Shown piece after piece: positions 49,057 to 62,819 of a DNA stretch of 64,000 nt (positions are counted from its first letter, which is position 1; every line of letters begins with the position of its first letter). This DNA comes from Eledone cirrhosa (Eukaryota): positions 337,652,001 through 337,716,000 of the forward strand of contig OZ024740.1 of assembly GCA_964016885.1 (NCBI GenBank), in the 5' to 3' direction. The notes under the pieces are model-generated. The model saw only the letters and a list, made by a program, of their open reading frames with translations. It did not search any database and was not told where the DNA came from. The translations under genes were made by a program, and so were the position numbers.

Positions 49057-49353
49057 GGAGGGAGGGATATTGGGTAGCTAGCAAGAAGGTAATGATTGAA
49101 TGGGGTCCTTGCATTTAACAAGCGATTAACAAAAATACAAAATTTGTTCTGTTAAATACGCCCAAAAACTTTCGTATTTAACAATTAATAGAAACAGAAA
49201 ATGTAGTTTGTTTTAGCGATAGATTGGCTATTTGGACTTGATACGAAATATGGATTGTTTTGAAAATACGCTAGAATTAAGATTTGTGGAGGGAGAGAAA
49301 TGAAATCCGTACATTACGTATACATGTATATCGAGGGTACACAGCAAGCAATG

Positions 49354-50184
<831 letters not shown>

Positions 50185-50188
50185 ATGT

Positions 50189-50353
50189 ATATTGTTATAC
50201 CTTGGGAATGTCATGCTGCCAATAAAAAAACACATGTACCTGTTGGTTTTCGCTTCAGTTTATTACAAATTTCCAGTTGGTTGGTTTAATAACCGGATGG
50301 TTGTTTAATTATTGTGATGTTGTGGATGTGTTACAACCAAAGTATAACAATAT
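50189..50353. mobile_element. Possible MITE with 17-bp TIRs
   Basis: ATATTGTTATACCTTGG / CCAAAGTATAACAATAT (one mismatch). Confidence 0.45.
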
Positions 50354-50755
50354 CTGTTTCAACACATGTTTTCAGATAAGAAATCTTGCAAAACAAATAC
50401 AAAAACGAAGTATATATATATATATATATATATGAGTATGTTTACTGGTACACTGAATGTGACATTAAGATGTTGCACTGACAACCACAGAGACTAATGA
50501 TACAATCTGATAACAGACATTGTGTTGTGCCCTTCAGTAATGCATTCAACTTTGATTGTTCCACTTTATCAGAGGGACAAAAACAAAATCAATTTCCTCT
50601 CCCCACTTTACCAACTTCCGATTCTGTACTTAGCTTTCTGATGTGGATGTTTTACAAAGGGAATTGTTAAAGAACAGTAAAGAGAAGACTAAGAAGAAGA
50701 CACAATATTTCATCAGTAGACACAATGGAATGGTTACAAGTAATTAACCACTGAC

Positions 50756-50821
50756 CTTATGTAGTATCATATTTTCTTTTAGTATTTCTTCAAAGTCAGG
50801 CGGCATCATTTCTAAGGATTT
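50756..50821 (-). CDS. Internal exon of C20orf96/DUF4618-like gene: KSLEMMPPDFEEILKENMILHK
   Basis: Acceptor tgtttttatttccag, donor AAG|gtcagt, 66 nt, phase 0-0, joins the 30257 exon in frame. Confidence 0.7.
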
Positions 50822-53504
50822 CTGGAAATAAAAACATAAATGAAACCCATTAAAATAATTAAATGTTAGATGAAATGGAATTACTTGTCTCATATAGTTT
50901 TTGTTCAGCTAAGAATTCCGTCACCCCTCTCTCTCTCCCTCATTCTTTCTCTCTCTTTGGCTAAACTTTAACGGAATTCATATATTTACAAAGTGGATGA
51001 CACCGGAAGCTAGTTTCACTGGCTACAGCAAAATTAATCATCTCTCATCCCTTCATTTCACTATTATTATTATGACACCATGCTTTACAGCCTAGGAGTT
51101 ATGGCCCTTTACGTTCTGAGTTCAAATCCCGCCAGGTTAATTCTGCCTTTCATCCTTATAGGGTCGATAAAATAAAGTACCAGTAATGCACTGGAGTAAT
51201 TGCTGGCCTTGTGCCAAAAGTAGAAACATTATTATTATGATGATCATCATCATCATTATCATCATCATCATCATCATCACTATGATTATTAGCACCACCA
51301 CTGTTATTCCTACACCCTACCATCTTTATCATCAGTACTACACTATCATCAACAGCATCATCACTGCACTACTCCCAGTATCATAACTATTATTACTTTT
51401 ATCACTAGCATTACCACTAAAACCATTACTACAACTACTAGTGTCACCATAAAAAATCCAACTACTAATACTACCACCACCTCCATTACTACTACTACTA
51501 CTACTACTACTACAACCACTACTACTGCTGCTGCTACCACCACCACCACCACAAACACCACTACTACTGTTTGCTCCATCTTCATTGACCATTGTTAACA
51601 TGGTGATGTAATTGGTAGCCCCCAACTTTTGGTCAAGGTTAATCTTTTACCAGTTAACTCTCCACAGTAAAAGGAGGTCAGGTATTCTCTACATCTATCC
51701 ACCTTATTGTTTGACCAGCTAGAAATAACAATTAAATTTCTTTTATTATCTTTATTCTTTTATTATCTTTAAAAAAGGCCATGCTGGATAATTTAGTCTG
51801 GGGTACACTATAATCAAAATAAAAAAAGACTGCATGTTCTTTGCTGGAATACATTTGATCATAGTTTTGCTTGATCAGGGTTGATCTGAGGGCTAAACAA
51901 CAATACTATCATCATCAAAACTCTACCCAACATCATATTTTCATTACAATACTACCATTAACAACACCACCCCACCAAAAAAATACAAAAACAAAACAAA
52001 AGCAAAAACAAAAAAAAAAAAACACTAACAAACAAACAGACAAATAATACCATCAACATTCTGCATTCCCAATGGCTGCAACATTACCAACATTACCAAT
52101 ATATACATCATCACTGCCAATAGCAAGAATAATACCAAAACCATAACCAGAACCACCAAAATATTAAGAAGATATACTCCTTGTACACAGTCATATAGAC
52201 ATTTTCTTAATTTATTACCATAACATTTTTGAATGGTTATGGTTAACAATACAGTATAAGCTAATACTGAATATAATACACCAGAAAAAAGGATGGAGCG
52301 ATCATGACTAGAATACTGGTAAATTGATAAACTCTTGATACAGAGAAATATTTTCCCCAAGACATATGGGAGGTACTACGAATATGTATGAAGCAGGCTC
52401 TAAAACACACATAATGATAGACATCTTACAAAGTTTACAAAACATTTGCACATACATTACCAAACAACATCATTTGTAAATACTCTAAAAAAACATATAA
52501 CTACATAGAAAAAAGTAACAGTAATGTAAACAATAATACTACTAATAAAAATAGAAAATACTGTTGCTATCTCCAATTCCCAAATCACAGGTCACAACAG
52601 AATACATTTGTAGTGAAGTATAATAAAAACAATAAATAAAGAATATTATTGTGTACAGTGCTCAGGTGCACTACAACTCAAAGGTGCATGTATAGTACAT
52701 AGAATAATGTACAAATGTCAGGAAAGTGAAAGTGTATGAGTCATGATATATACACACAGATACATGCATGTGCAATCACACTAAAATCCCACACCTTGTC
52801 GATATATACAATATTGTGAACAGTTTCTGAGACTATAGCAATATGGAAATTTGAACAATATATTTTCCACACTTGAACATTGAAAAAAAATAAATAGTGA
52901 TTTTTTTTCCTCCCTTGTCTTTATCTATATCCAAGTTAACTCTTCTGCTGATTTTGAATGCCAACTTTACTGCTATATCTTCATGTTATCTTTTTTCTGG
53001 AATCATCATGTACCTATAACGTAATTAAACATATTGATTATGGAATGAATATTCATGGATTTTTCTTCCTTATCTTTCATATGTTGGAACAATATTCATC
53101 AATCCATTATATGTTAAATTGAATTACAAAGTAGCTATGAAACTGAAAAGAAAGCTTCATGAAAAGTCATCTCAACACCCAATCTAAAATATGCTAAATA
53201 TTTAAAAATGTATGCTTCGCACAAGAAAATAAACTTTGTAAACATGATGAAGAAAGCTAAAAAATTCTGCAATGCAATATTAATAGCAGTAAATACACCT
53301 TTATGGCTGTAAAAGTTTATCATCATACAACATACAGTACATGAAGCAACAATTCAAGAAATATTTTTACTATCACAATATAAAACACCCAGTATGCCAT
53401 ATTATACTCATATCAGACTGGATAAACATGTTCACTGGAGAGTTCTTACAATAGACAGAAACACATTCAATATGTAGATATTACAATAGGAAAAGACGAT
53501 AAAA

Positions 53505-54104
53505 CAGTCTCATCACATTTTTAAGTCGCTGTCTCCACCACCACCTCATTCCTCGCGGTTTTCAACTTAAGTTTCACCCCACCTCTAACTCTGCTCCCAC
53601 CACTGAGCCCATCCTTACCCCCTCCTCTCACCAGCTCAAGCGGGGCGACCATACGATCAACTCTCTTCCAAATCCGTTCTCTCGACTGAGATCTCCCCAA
53701 GGCTTGCCTCCATCTCTCTTCCATTTGCCACCCTTTCCTCACCCAATCCCTTATCCAATTCATCCTTTACCTCAATTGCCTCCTTTTCAATTTCCTCACT
53801 TCCATAAAAAACTACAAACTCGACTCTATCTGCTCCCCGCCTGCCGTCACCACCCATACTCATATCACTTCCAACCCTAACCCCTCTATCCCATCATCTA
53901 CCACCCCCTTTCCTCTCCCCTCCACTGATTCTGCACACACTTTGCCCAACCCCGTCCCCTCAATCTATCTTATTTCTCATTCTTTCTTCTGATGAAGGAC
54001 TAGCGTCCGAAACGTTAAGACCCTCTTCCTGCTATATCAAGCATGAACCTAATATATCCCTTCTATATACTGTACCAATTGTGTTGTTATATCTGTTTAC
54101 CTTT

Positions 54105-54108
<4 letters not shown>
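53505..54108 (+). mobile_element. Internally deleted Penelope-like derivative (non-Naiad N-terminus remnant + HHR) ending in (TA)n
   Basis: FLSRCLHHHLIPRGFQLKFHP resembles PLE N-terminal FL..C....IP.G; C-rich stretch; HHR; ends at (TA)n. Confidence 0.6.
53985..54020 (+). ncRNA. Minimal type I hammerhead ribozyme
   Basis: TCTT CTGATGA A GGAC tagc GTCC GAAAC GTT AAGA; palindromic AACGTT stem III. Confidence 0.85.
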
Positions 54109-54199
<91 letters not shown>

Positions 54200-54304
54200 G
54201 TATATATATATGTATGTATATATATGTATATATATATATATGTATGTATATATATATGTATGTATATATATATGTATATATATATATATATATGTATATA
54301 TATG

Positions 54305-54336
<32 letters not shown>

Positions 54337-54372
54337 TGTGTGTGTATATATATATGTATATATATATATATG

Positions 54373-54418
<46 letters not shown>
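54109..54418. repeat. Compound (TA)n/(TATG) microsatellite
   Basis: Direct reading. Confidence 0.95.
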
Positions 54419-54420
<2 letters not shown>

Positions 54421-54439
54421 AACCTGCAAACACAAATAT

Positions 54440-55216
54440 AGTACAACACAACTACACAGGACCAGGAGGGACCGATATCCCCGTGTCAAAAGCGATGATG
54501 CATCTTTTTCCTCACACATCATGAAAGTGGCGACAATGTGAAGACAACTCGCTGGCTGGATCTTGAGGACTTTCCGGACAAGAGAGCGAGACACCATGTT
54601 GACACTATAGAGGACATTTGTCCTAAGCCGCCTGGACTACTGCTCCCAGTTGTGGTCACCCCATAGAGTCAAACTAACCACGGAGCTTGAGGCAATCCAG
54701 CAAAGCTACACCAAGAGGATTGCAACGATGAAGGAGACAAGCTACTGGGAGAGGCTAAAGGAACTGAACCTCTACTCCTTGGAATGAAGACGGGAGAGAT
54801 ACGCAGTGATCTACATGTGGAAAATCCTGGAGGGACTAGCACCAAATTTTGGCATTGGGAGCTGAACCAACCGTCGAACAGGACGTCACTGTGTGGTGCC
54901 AAAGGTCCTGTCTTCCACATCTAGAATAAGCCTGAGATTCAAGGGCCATCAACTCTTCAACAAGCTGCCGAGGGATCTGAGAGATTTGCATGACGTGGAG
55001 GTGGATGTCTTCAAGACACCTTGTTATCCAGGATCCCGGATGAGCCCACAGCAAGGCACGAGGGAAACCTAAGGGCAGCAGCAACAAACTCCCTCTTACA
55101 CCAGTGGCTAACCTATACAGGTTGGAGATAAAATGTGTAGCAATAAGGGCGGTGCCCCAGCATGGCCTCAGCTGGATGGCTGGAACAGGTAAAAGAGTAA
55201 AAGAGTAAAAGAGTAA
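54440..55216 (+). pseudogene. CR1-like LINE 3' fragment with (GTAAAAGA)n tail
   Basis: [52 protein letters not shown]; stops present. Confidence 0.8.
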
Positions 55217-55229
55217 TACATATACATAT

Positions 55230-55291
<62 letters not shown>

Positions 55292-55330
55292 GTATATATA
55301 TATATGTATATATATATGTGTATATATATG

Positions 55331-55361
<31 letters not shown>

Positions 55362-55606
55362 GTATATATATATATATGTGTATATATATGTATATATATA
55401 TATGTATATACACACGATTTCAGATAAAGAATCTTGCTAAACAAATTCAGAAACGAAATATATGTATATATATATACATATATATATATATATACATATA
55501 TACATATATATACATATATATGTATATATACATACATATATATATATATACATATATATATATACATATGTATATATATATGTATATATATATATATGTA
55601 TATATA

Positions 55607-55701
<95 letters not shown>

Positions 55702-55875
55702 GTATATATATATATGTATATATATATATGTATATATATATATATGTGTATATATATGTATATATATATATGTATATACACATGATTTCAGATAAAGAAT
55801 CTTGCTAAACAAATTCAGAAACGAAATATATGTATATATATATATACATATATATATATATACATATATATATAC

Positions 55876-55955
<80 letters not shown>

Positions 55956-56065
55956 GTATATATATATATGTATATATATATATGTATATATATATGTATA
56001 TATATATGTATATATATATATGTATATATATATGTATATATACATGTATATATATATGTATATAT
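55217..56065. repeat. Compound TA microsatellite with a duplicated about 50-bp island
   Basis: GATTTCAGATAAAGAATCTTGCTAAACAAATTCAGAAACGAAA occurs at about 55416 and 55784. Confidence 0.9.
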
Positions 56066-59000
56066 AACTTATATAACTTTCATAACTTTGATAGGTTTCG
56101 GCCAGTATTGGCCCTGGCCATGTCTAACTTAATAGCACCAGCTGGCGAAGTCTTACAAATCAGTGTTTGGGCACCATGTCCCACTCGAGCAGAGAGTTAT
56201 TGTTTACGGAGGCATATCCGGGTTTAGGAGGCTTATCCGGGATTTCTTGAAGGAATTTATCCATCTATCTTTTTTGTAATTGACCTTTGGGGTGCTTCAA
56301 CTTTCATGATACTTTGTTTCGTGTTGGGTTACCACAGTGGACAACAGTATTCAAGGTGGGGTCGGGCAAAAGTGAAGAAGAGAAGGATAACAGTGTGAAT
56401 ATCTCTCGACTGGAAAGTTCTAAGAATCCACGAACACATTCTGTGGGCCATATCAACTTTGCTGTTTATATGAGTGGCCCAGCTTATGTTATTTTCCACA
56501 ATTACTTCCAGGTCTCTGATGTTATTGGATGCCACTAGAGTTTCACCCGAAGGAAGAGAGTATGGTAGTTTCAGGGCATCCTTTTTTCCAAAGTGGATTA
56601 ATTCAAATTTATCCTCATTCAACAGCATATTATTTATTTCTGCCCATTGGATAACAGCCAGTAGGTCTGACTGAAGGCAAGTCCGGTCACCTACCTCATT
56701 GATGATCCTTTGGAGCTTGGAATCATCTCCGAAGATTCTGATGTTGCTGTGCTTGATGATGTCAGTAATGTCATTAATGTAGATGATGAAAAGAAGTGGG
56801 CCCAACACAGTGCATTGTGGGACGCCACTGCTGACTTTGGCAGGGCTTGATTTTACTCCTTCGACTACAACATGCTGGGTTCTGCCTGTCAGAAAACATT
56901 TTATCCACTGTAGTAACCTTCCAGAGACACCAGCATTGGATAGTTTTTTCAGTAGAATCTTATGATCAACCCTGTCGAAGGCCTTGCTGAAGTCAAGGTA
57001 GATGACATCAGTGTTGGAGTCCTCTCCCAAGGCTCTCAAAACATCGTCAAAGTGATGTAGGAGCTGTGTTAGGCAGTCCCTTTCATTACGGAACCCATGT
57101 TGGTTGGAGTTCAGCAGGCCGTTGCTTTCAAGAAAGTGGGTTATTCGTGATCTCACCACCCTCTCAAATACCTTGATGATATGAGAGGTGAGTGAGATCG
57201 GACGGTAGTTCACTGCAAGGGACTTATTTCCCTTTTTGAAGACTGGGACAGCGGACTGGGACAGAAAGTTTTCAGGAATGTAGCCAGTGTCCAGTGAGTT
57301 CCTCCACAGATTAGCAAGAGGAGATGCAAGTTGGTGTCGATACACTTTCAGGACACAAGCAGGGAACCTGTCATTGCCTACTGCTGAATTGTGTTTAATT
57401 TCGTTTATTGCCACTAAGACATCAGGGGCGCCAAACGTTATGTCTGATATAGTGTGTCGGGGGTTAACATCACTGATATGGCCCAGATCGGCCATATCAG
57501 GATTGTTGAAAACAGAGCAGTATGGTTTCTGCAGTATCTCGCCCATGGTTTTGGCATTGTCCTTGAGTGTGCCATTTTCATCAACTAGAGGGCCAACAGT
57601 GAAGACGGTGACGTTGTGTTTTTTAGCAAATGAAAAGAACACTTTGGGGTTGAGTTTGATTTTCTCAATGGCCCACCTCTCTTCAGCTATTCTCTGGTTA
57701 TTGATGATGGTCATCATGCATTGCTGGAGGTTATATTCTTTTTACTCAAGCAGGGTGATAACCATTGAATGTGTGTGTTGCTGTTGGCAGTATTTTAGTG
57801 TGTTCATTTTTTTGTTTGTTCTTTTTATTTTTCTGATAATTGTTTTTCTGTATTGGGGGATACTGCACTTGGTTTTGTTCACAGATTTTAGTGGTGTGTG
57901 TTTTGTACATATATTTGTGACAGTGTCTACAAAGTTCTGCCAAGATGTTTTGATGTTGATGGAAGTGTGTGCATGTGTAAAAGACCAGTTGACATGTGAT
58001 AGTTCGTTCATAATTGCATCCCAGTTGGCATTGTAGAGATCCATGTTATCAAATGGGTGGGCTGGAGAGAGGACCCTGGGATTAGCTTTTGGCTGGTGGA
58101 ATCTCAGGTTACAAAGAACCATGTCATGGCCTGTAATATTATGTATAGTGTTAGTGTGGTTACGAAACACTAGATCCAGAATGTTCTTCTGATGCCTCGT
58201 TGGTGCAAGGACAAGTTGGGACAAGAAAAACTCATTCATGAAGTCAAGAAGTGACTCTACAGCCTCTTTGTCAGTGGTTGAGGCTGTGGAGCCTGGTTTC
58301 AAACTACATGTAGACCAATCGACACAGGGTAGATTAAAGTCTCCCATCAAAAGTATGTTGCTAGAATGGCACTGTTTAATAAAGCATTTAATACTGTTGA
58401 GGCACTCTTTGAAGCAGATTATGGGTGTTTGTGGTGGCCTATAGAGCCCAACTAATGTCAGGTCATTGGCTTTATTGTGCACAGTGACTGATTCACAGTA
58501 TCCATTAGAGAATGTTGTGTTGCCATCTGCCATAAAGGAATCATGCAGGAAAATGGCAGTTCCACCCTTCCTTCTGCCAACACGATCTGCACGGATGGTT
58601 GTGAAATTTATCACTCTTACTTCGGCCTCCAAGTGGGAGTTGTCAAGGTGGGTCTCAGTAAGAATGAAGAAGGGGATGTGAAATGGATGGTTACCAACCC
58701 AATCCTCAATGAATTGGATCTTCCATTTCTGTGCATTGATGGATGGGCTGATACATTGTGTATTGAGTAAGAATGTGGAGGCTAGTGTGGTGGCTGGTTT
58801 TGACTGTTGCTTGTTTTGTGATTGTGTGTTAGTGACAGCATGGATGGTGTTGGGTGATGGCTAAAATGTTTTTCTCTATCTCTTTTGCCAGGTTCATGGC
58901 TAAAAAAGAAAGATTTTTTTTTGTTCAGGGAGCAGTTTTTGATTGGATTTGTGGTTACAACATTGGATAGGGTTGCAGTTCCCTATTTTGTTGTTGTTGT

Positions 59001-59150
59001 TGTTGTATTTGTTGTAATTGTGTCTTTGTGAAAAGACTGGAGCAGCATTATTTTTGTTGTTGTTGTATTTGCTGTTGTTGTAATCGTGTCTTTGTGAAAA
59101 GACTGGAGCAGCATTACTTTTGTTGTTTTTGTTGTTGTAATCATGTATTT
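56062..59150 (-). mobile_element. CR1-like LINE (APE 57742-58632, RT 56329-57717), disrupted, with internal 3' deletion and (AAGTTAT)n tail
   Basis: LYRPP, MGDFNLP, PTR..NILDL, NYRPISLT, QHGFR, YLDFSKAFD, GVPQCTVLGP, FGDD, RPHLEYC; C-terminus DKFLQEIPDKP..NNSL near 56260-56170. 5' boundary approximate. Confidence 0.88.
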
Positions 59151-59844
59151 CTTAGCCATACAAACTATATTTTTAATATATACTAATATTACCATTAGTA
59201 AATTTTGTAAACATATATTTTTTTGACGTTATATATTTTTTCTTCCTTAAATTTTCTTCTTTCTTCTCTCCTTCCGTGCTCGTATTAAACCTATTATTTA
59301 CTTTTTCATATTACAATACATAGAAACAGACTTAGACCCTAACTAATTCCTCTAAGTTCATAATTCATTTAATCTCTTCTTCATTCACCTTGTCTCCTTA
59401 ATATTCTTATTTTAATAATACATATTAATAAATTCCTTTTCGCACATATTATTAAACCCTTCAATATATGAACCTTAAATAAATACTATTCTTAATTCCT
59501 TTTTCTTTAATCATAAACATCACCATTCATAAACCTCATTAACTTTTAATTTCAACATTTTTTAAAATTATGTATTATCTTACAACGGTTTTTTAAAATT
59601 TCTCTGTGAGACAGTGTTTCTCAGTATTAAGGGCTATCCCTCTCTCTCTCTCACTCATTTCTCCTCCTCTCTCATCCTTCCTTCTTATACTCCTCCCCGT
59701 CATCCTTTATTTTCTTTCTTCCTCTTCCTTCCCCCTTCCTTCTTTTTTTCCCAATCTCATATATCCATCTTATTTTATTTTTCATATGTAGATTTAACAC
59801 TTCACTGCTCGCAAGTGTTTTTTAAGCTTCATATCATGTCTCCC

Positions 59845-59915
59845 TATTTTATCTGATGAGAACGCAAATATCATCCCTTGATGATATTTGTTTTTGAAAT
59901 GCGCATAATAAAATA
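59845..59915 (+). ncRNA. Type I hammerhead ribozyme in the pLTR of the second Naiad
   Basis: TATTTTAT CTGATGA gaacg CAAATATCATC cctt GATGATATTTG ttttt GAAA TGCGC ATA ATAAAATA; 8-bp stem I; palindromic ATGCGCAT. Confidence 0.87.
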
Positions 59916-60118
59916 CATGGAACTCTTTTAACCATCTTTTGATCTTATATTATTTATACTCCAGTCCTATAAACTGTTGAGTGCTACTTATCCGATATTT
60001 GCATTGCTTTATTGTGCTACAATAAAACTCACCTCCTACATTAACTTGCTCCTTGACTGTTTGAGCGCTAACTCTTATATCGGATACCTTTGATGGTCTC
60101 TAATTTTTCTTCTATAAC

Positions 60119-62518
60119 ATGGATTATTACAACATAACAACTTCACTTAAAGACATTCCTATACCTGGTAAATCTGAGTTCACTAAACTTCTGATTGAAA
60201 AAACTGACTCTTTTGTAAGAAGGCTTAGATGGATCGCTTTTTTCCACGACCAGCGCTTAAAAGGAAATTTCTATACTAAGGAACATAACAATTTTGATCA
60301 TTTATTTAACTCTAGAAGAAATCCTCCTTTCAATAAAAATCTAGCGCAGTTTGAGGAAGAATTAACTAATATTATAAGAGGTCTTAAATTCAAGAGAAAC
60401 CCTTATAGAGGACAGGAGCACCTTATAAATCTCAGGAATACGATTTCGGACCTTAACTCCTCTAAAAAAGTCTTAGTCCATTCCGACAAAACTAATAATT
60501 TATATGGCGTATCTAAAGGTAAGTATAATAATCTTATCCTTAAGGAACTAAGGAAGAATTATCGTAAAACTAACCATGACAATTTGGAATCTATAAACTT
60601 GGAAGCTTCTGAGATTATGTCTAAGCTTGGCATCGAGAAAAAGACCGAACCATTCTTCCCAAGAACTCTGAGGATAAATCTTAAGGATCATAAAAGTAAC
60701 TTTCGAACGGAACTGCCTGTTAGACTAATCGCCCCCTCTAAATCAGATCAGGGAGTTGTTAGTAAATTCATCTTGGATAGAATTATCCCACAGGTTCATT
60801 CTAATTGCTCTATTTCTAACTTAAATTTATGGATTGGTACATCTGATGTAATTAACTGGTTCAATGACCTGAATAATTAAAACAAACAAACATTTATTCA
60901 GTTTGACATTGCCAGTTACTATTCTTCTATTTCGCCTTCACTCCTCAACAACGCTCTATCTTTCGCATTTAAATATTCTGACATTACCACAGATGAACTT
61001 TACATCATTCTCACCGCAAGAAAAACTATCCTGGAATTCAACAAGGAATATTGGACTAGAGCTGATACTTCCAACAATTTTGATATCACAATGGGTTCGT
61101 CGGATTCAGCGCAATTGACGGACGTGATTGGTATCTTTATTTTGAATTCTTTAAATCGGATAATTCCTCAACTTCGCGGTGGAATTTATCGTGATGATGC
61201 CCTTTTTACTGTCTTAAACTGTAACTTAGTTAACCTTAATATTATTAAGAATAATATACTTGATCTATTTAAGCACCATAACCTAAAAATTGAATTTGAA
61301 AACAACGTCAAACTAGCTAACTTCCTGGATATATTCCTTAATCTTGACACCGGCCTATATTACCCTTACCATAAAGACAATGAGAATCTAAATTATGTTA
61401 ATTTTAAATCTAACCACCCCATTAACGTTAAAAATGCTATAGTCAGTAATGTTGAAAAAAGAATCTCAAATCTATCCTCTAATAAAGTTATCTTCGACGC
61501 TAATGCCAATTGCTATAATAATGCGCTTTCCAAAGCCGGTTATCCTGACAAAATTAAATACAGTAAAGAAACCAATCATCGAAGGACTTATAGTAAAATA
61601 TTTAGTTATGAACATTCCAATAACTTAAATAAAAGACCTAGATACATAAATATGATTTGGTACAACATTCCTTTTTCTCTATCTATTACTAGTAATATTT
61701 CTAAACTATTTTTTAGGGCCTTAGATAAATGCTTGCATATCTATAGTAAGATCTTTAACAAACATACAATCAAATTCTCTTATTCCACCACTTCCAACAT
61801 CTCTAACATTATCTCTAAACATAATAATAAAATATTAAATAATAAATTATATCCATCCAACACTGAGCGTCATAATAATAGCAATAGTAAACCCGACATC
61901 AATGTTAACTCTAGGCTAGATTCAGTAAATTTAAATACGACGTCAAACGTAACTTTGTCGAATGTTCATAACACCAATCTAAATCAGGAAACTTTAGTAC
62001 CTATCGTAAATAACTTCTCCAATCCAATTCGTTCTATAAATAATACTAGGTCACTTGTTAATAACTCTGGTAATTTCTCTAATCGTAATTGTAATTGCCC
62101 TGTTAGAACTAAATGTCCTATTAATAACCAATGTCTTGATACAAATTTAGTGTATGAATGTAAGGTTATAACTGGTACTAATTCTTTTACCTATTTTGGT
62201 TCCACTTCCACTTCCTTTAAAGCAAGATTTTATAATCACAAGTCGTCTTTTAAATACCAGCTTAAAAGAACTAACACGGCACTCTCAGAACTCATATGGT
62301 CCTTAAAAGGCACAAATATTAACTACAACATTTCTTGGAGGAAGGTTTGCAACGCCTCTCCTTACCGAAATGCTTCCCTATCCAGAACATGTAATCTTTG
62401 CCTAGCCGAGAAATTTACCATTATCTCTAATTTTAATTCTATAATAAATAGACGTACGGATTTATTTTCGCTCTGCTTGCATAAATCCCATAGAACTTTC
62501 CATAAAGTATACAGCTAA
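60119..62518 (+). pseudogene. Full-length Naiad-type PLE ORF (799 codons) with a single in-frame TAA at 60878-60880
   Basis: The 253-aa and 475-aa ORFs are in the same frame and the gap reads FIQFDIASYY. GGIYRDD, CNC-x5-C-x5-C, LVY..YFG, CNLC present. Confidence 0.92.
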
Positions 62519-62819
62519 TATCTCACCACCTAATTAGTTTAAAATCTTCTTTTCTCAAACGCTTTTATATCTTTTACAAATATACCCATCTTTCTACCTT
62601 ATTTCAGTATATTATATTATACAATTCACTCATTCTATGTCGTTAGCGGTCCCCTATTTTCTTCTTTTTATCCTTTTTTCCTTTTTTCTTTTTTAATTTC
62701 TAATCTTTAATCTGTAACTTTTACTTTTCAATTACTTCTTAACTCATATTATTTCTCACTATAGCGGTTAAATTTGCCTTTCATCCTTACGGGGTCGATA
62801 AAATAAAGTACCAGTAATA

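Larger units (their letters stand above)
45278..49355 (-). mobile_element. Full-length RTE LINE between (TA)n tracts (5' boundary approximate)
   Basis: (ATC)n tail 45278-45300, 3' UTR shared with the 14302 and 18205 copies, about 500 bp upstream region. Confidence 0.85.

Noticed and set aside
54043-56227. Many YI/IY-repeat ORFs (similar ones near 6341, 13534, 17046, 22244, 34990, 51186)
   Set aside because: Translations of microsatellites.
60878-60880. Selenocysteine recoding as known for some Naiads
   Set aside because: The in-frame stop is TAA, not TGA, and the 804-aa ORF has no internal stop.
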